Positions 62,896 to 64,000 of a DNA stretch of 64,000 nucleotides are shown here, piece after piece (positions within the stretch are counted from its first letter, which is position 1; each line of letters opens with the position of its first letter). A program made the position numbers and the translations under genes. The notes below the pieces were generated by a model. That model was not told where the DNA came from, searched no databases, and saw only the letters and a list, made by a program, of their open reading frames with translations. The DNA is taken from the NCBI GenBank assembly GCA_963707215.1, contig CAVPPB010000001.1, forward strand, positions 640,001 to 704,000. The letters run 5' to 3'. Origin of the DNA: an uncultured Chloroflexia bacterium. GTDB taxonomy: Bacteria > Chloroflexota > Limnocylindria > Limnocylindrales > CSP1-4.

Positions 62896-63921
62896 CTACT
62901 GGGTCGCCGCGTCGACGAAGGTGGTGTCGACCACGTCACCGTAGGCGAGCGTTTCGTCGCTGGTGAGCTGCTCGACCTCGACGAGCAGGTCGTTCATCCG
63001 GGTGAAGTACTCCTCGTCGAGCCCGCCGTCGATCGGGAAGAGCTGGATCTCCTGGTACAGCTCGAAGTCGCCCGCCACCTCTGCTGGATCGAGACCGGCG
63101 GTCTCCGGGCGCTCCTCGGCGAGCATCTCGTCGGCCATCTGCTGGGGATCGCCGTCGTAGAAGCGCTGGTAGGCCTCGAGGGTCGCGGCGGCGAAGGCGT
63201 TCGCCAGCTCGGTGTTCTCGCGGAAGGTGTCGCTCATCGCGAAGCCCTCCCACATCATCGGATCCAGGGTCGGCGCGCCCGTGCCCCAGATCTTGAAGTC
63301 ACCGTTGGTCTCTGCCTCCAATTGGGCCCCGACGGCCCGGAACAGGATCGCCGCGTCCATCGTGCCGGCGGTCAGGGCCGCGGCCCGGTTGCCGGATCCG
63401 GCCAGGTAGACGGTCTCGTAGTCGCCCTGGGTCAGTCCCGCCTGGGCCATCAGGCCCGGCAGAACGACCGACGAGAGCGAGGTCGGGTCCTGGGCCCCGA
63501 TCTTCTTGCCCTGCAGCTGCGAGAGATCGGTCACGTCGCCCGGTACGACCAGGACGAAGGTGTTCTGGGTCTCGTTGGTCAGCGTCCACTTCATCCCCAG
63601 GCCAGCGTCGATGGCTCGCTGGATGCCCAGGAGCGAGATCAGGGCGACGTCGATGCGCCCGCGGTCGAGGGCTGACGCAACGACCTCGTCACCGGAGAGG
63701 GCCGCGTACTCGAGCTGGATGCCCTGCTCGGCGAGGATCTCGCGGCCGAAGGTCAGTACCGGCAGCAGATAGACCTCGGCCTGGGTCGTGCCCGTCCCGA
63801 AGTAGATGATGGATTCCCCGGGCTCGGAGGTCCCACCTCCCCCGTCGTCCGAGCAGGCCGTTGCGACGAGAGCGACGCTGAGGACAAGCGCGCCGATCCC
63901 GGTTCGACGGGTGCGAGTCAT
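62896..63921 (-). CDS. ABC substrate-binding lipoprotein (NMT1/SsuA-like)
   Basis: Lipobox ATAC; LQGKKIG; RAAALTAGTMDA; SD GGAGG. Confidence 0.88.
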   Translation of the reverse strand: MTRTRRTGIGALVLSVALVATACSDDGGGGTSEPGESIIYFGTGTTQAEVYLLPVLTFGREILAEQGIQLEYAALSGDEVVASALDRGRIDVALISLLGIQRAIDAGLGMKWTLTNETQNTFVLVVPGDVTDLSQLQGKKIGAQDPTSLSSVVLPGLMAQAGLTQGDYETVYLAGSGNRAAALTAGTMDAAILFRAVGAQLEAETNGDFKIWGTGAPTLDPMMWEGFAMSDTFRENTELANAFAAATLEAYQRFYDGDPQQMADEMLAEERPETAGLDPAEVAGDFELYQEIQLFPIDGGLDEEYFTRMNDLLVEVEQLTSDETLAYGDVVDTTFVDAATQ

Positions 63922-64000
63922 GGTTCTACCTCCGTGGCCCGACCACGACCGGGGGGCTACCCGGGCGCTCACTCGGCCGGGACGTGGAGCGTAGTATACC

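Overview
Very GC-rich (about 72-74% by eye) bacterial core-chromosome segment with about 57 genes and no rRNA, tRNA, CRISPR array, transposase or prophage that I can see. Gene content suggests a Chloroflexota bacterium (Limnocylindria/Ellin6529-like), though Actinomycetota cannot be excluded; this placement is inference. Main blocks in order: trehalose/GlgE alpha-glucan cluster (treY, treZ, glgE, treS-mak, large GH13); lysA; Ni-SOD sodN/sodX; F420-type oxidoreductases; MarR-MFS-Rieske; an ACT + archaeal-type DUF5612 gene pair; xth; an ECF sigma pair; carbamate kinase beside a c-di-AMP PII-like receptor; MFS-cNMP fusion; Rieske oxygenase plus a decayed copy; glgA/glgM; fused heme A/heme O synthase; a split pyr operon; a second ECF/anti-sigma pair; GalT-like protein; lipB; a NitT/TauT ABC transporter. 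The most notable signals are: (1) the distal pyr genes (pyrD, pyrE, partly pyrC and pyrK) have substituted active-site motifs and sit behind two unknown genes, while pyrR and pyrB look canonical; (2) a methanogen-type DUF5612 protein paired with a free ACT protein; (3) a GalT-fold protein with Cys in place of the nucleophilic His; (4) several cis elements: a PyrR box with a coupled uORF, an SD-sequestering hairpin before glgE, a perfect DnaA box before an RlpA-like gene, and pervasive leaderless promoters. Three single-base insertions are probably sequencing errors. All family calls come from motif recognition, not database searches.
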